Shown here: in pieces, positions 63,094 to 64,000 of the stretch
How the letters are laid out: each line of letters begins with the position of its first letter
How positions within the stretch are numbered: the stretch's first letter is position 1
Source: an uncultured Candidatus Saccharibacteria bacterium
Lineage (GTDB): Bacteria; Patescibacteriota; Minisyncoccia; Minisyncoccales; UBA1441
DNA: 64,000 nt
Assembly (NCBI GenBank): GCA_964572275.1
Contig: CAZNED010000001.1
Coordinates: 87,188 to 151,187, forward strand
Direction of reading: 5' to 3'
Notes under the pieces: model-generated
Seen by the model: the letters and a program-made list of their open reading frames with translations, nothing else
Database searches by the model: none
What the model was told of the DNA's origin: nothing
Made by a program: the position numbers and the translations under genes

Positions 63094-63774
63094 ATGAAAA
63101 TAATATTTCAGGATAAAGATCTTATTGTTGTCGATAAACCCGCTAAACTAAAAGTTTACGGAAAAGATTCCGAGGATTCTTTAATGAAGCAACTGATCAA
63201 TGATTTTCCGGATTTAATATCTGTCGGGATCTCTCCCAGATACGGTTTGATTCATCGCCTTGATAAAGAAACTTCTGGGGTTATTTTAGTAGCCAGAAAC
63301 CAATCATCTTTGTCTTTTTTCCAAAAACAATTCCTAAATCGACAAGTTAATAAAACATATATGGGATTAATCCATGGTCACATTAATCCCAAAAATGGAA
63401 TTCTTAAAAGTTTTCTCACGAGATCTCCTAAGGATTTTCGCAAACAAAAAGCTATACCCATCCCGCTGAGTGGTCAAGAAAGAGTAGCTGAAACCATTTA
63501 TAAAACAAAAGAAGAATTCTCTAAATATACTTTGCTTGAAATTAAGCCAAAAACTGGTAGAATGCATCAGATTCGAGCTCAAATGGCTTGGAAAGGATGC
63601 CCGATAGTCGGGGATCAGCTTTATCAGTTTAAAGGTCAAACAGAGCCAGCATGCCTTAAGAGAATGTTTCTTCACAGCATGTCTATTAAAATCGCCATGC
63701 CGAATCAACAAGAAAGGCTTTTTCAAGCCGAGTTACCAGAAGAATTAAAAGAAGTTATTAACTGTTTATCATAA
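63094..63774 (+). CDS. RluA-family pseudouridine synthase
   Basis: 226 aa. Catalytic motif HRLDKETSGV and downstream GRMHQIRAQ. Confidence 0.85.
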   Translation: MKIIFQDKDLIVVDKPAKLKVYGKDSEDSLMKQLINDFPDLISVGISPRYGLIHRLDKETSGVILVARNQSSLSFFQKQFLNRQVNKTYMGLIHGHINPKNGILKSFLTRSPKDFRKQKAIPIPLSGQERVAETIYKTKEEFSKYTLLEIKPKTGRMHQIRAQMAWKGCPIVGDQLYQFKGQTEPACLKRMFLHSMSIKIAMPNQQERLFQAELPEELKEVINCLS

Positions 63775-63775
63775 C

Positions 63776-64000
63776 ATGTCATTGCTAGAGATTTTCAACC
63801 AAAAAAATTTATCATCTCGACCGAAAGTTCGTCCAGGTGATATTGTACGCGTTTATCAGAAAGACCCCACAAAAGAAGGTGGTAAGCTTCAAATTTTTGA
63901 AGGTGTTATTATCGCTCAAAAACATGGTTTTGGACGAACAGCTACTATAACCGTTCGGCGTGAAACCGGTGATGTAGCTGTTGAAAAAATATATCCCCTT
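63776..64000 (+). CDS. rplS: 50S ribosomal protein L19 (3' end runs off the window)
   Basis: Hand translation MSLLEIFNQKNLSSRPKVRPGDIVRVYQKDPTKEGGKLQIFEGVIIAQKHGFGRTATITVRRETGDVAVEKIYPL matches the L19 pattern. Confidence 0.85.
   Translation, partial: MSLLEIFNQKNLSSRPKVRPGDIVRVYQKDPTKEGGKLQIFEGVIIAQKHGFGRTATITVRRETGDVAVEKIYPL

Noticed and set aside
1-64000. CRISPR arrays, IS elements, rRNA operons, prophage genes, and alternative genetic code (UGA recoding)
   Set aside because: I saw no regularly spaced repeats and no transposase, integrase or phage-structural signatures. Long ORFs are intact under the standard code, with TAA, TAG and TGA all used as stops, so no recoding is needed.

Overview
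AT-rich, tightly packed bacterial window. By eye it is about one third GC; I did not compute this. Gene content resembles a reduced CPR/Patescibacteria-like genome (inference): very large secreted or surface proteins, many N-terminally anchored orphan proteins, T4SS-pilin-like genes and serpins. Housekeeping genes I recognise: recG, obg, rpoD, dnaG, tsaD, valS, gyrA, ftsH, an S1-like protein, an RluA-family pseudouridine synthase, rplS (partial) and two ECF sigma factors with downstream membrane proteins. There are six tRNAs: Arg-GCG, Asn-GUU, Glu-UUC, Leu-UAG, Ile-UAU and Val-GAC. Accessory content: two membrane-anchored serpins, an MliC-domain protein, two RRM RNA-binding proteins, three tandem T4SS-pilin-like genes and four giant surface proteins of about 1160-1915 aa. 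I saw no rRNA, CRISPR array, transposase or integrase. The most unusual signal is five discrete GC-rich mini-cassettes in the first 18 kb (about 1977-3125, 4676-5100, 14136-14792, 16482-16730, 17318-17706). Each has its own TTGACA-type promoter, a canonical AGGAGG Shine-Dalgarno (absent from most native genes, several of which look leaderless) and an intrinsic terminator. They encode tiny hydrophobic peptides missed by the ORF track, two soluble orphans and a tandem family of structured small RNAs. Two of those RNAs are paralogs with compensatory stem changes and a conserved GGUGACGU loop motif. Coordinates of hairpins, promoters and small ORFs were derived by hand against ORF-track anchors and may be off by 1-2 nt.
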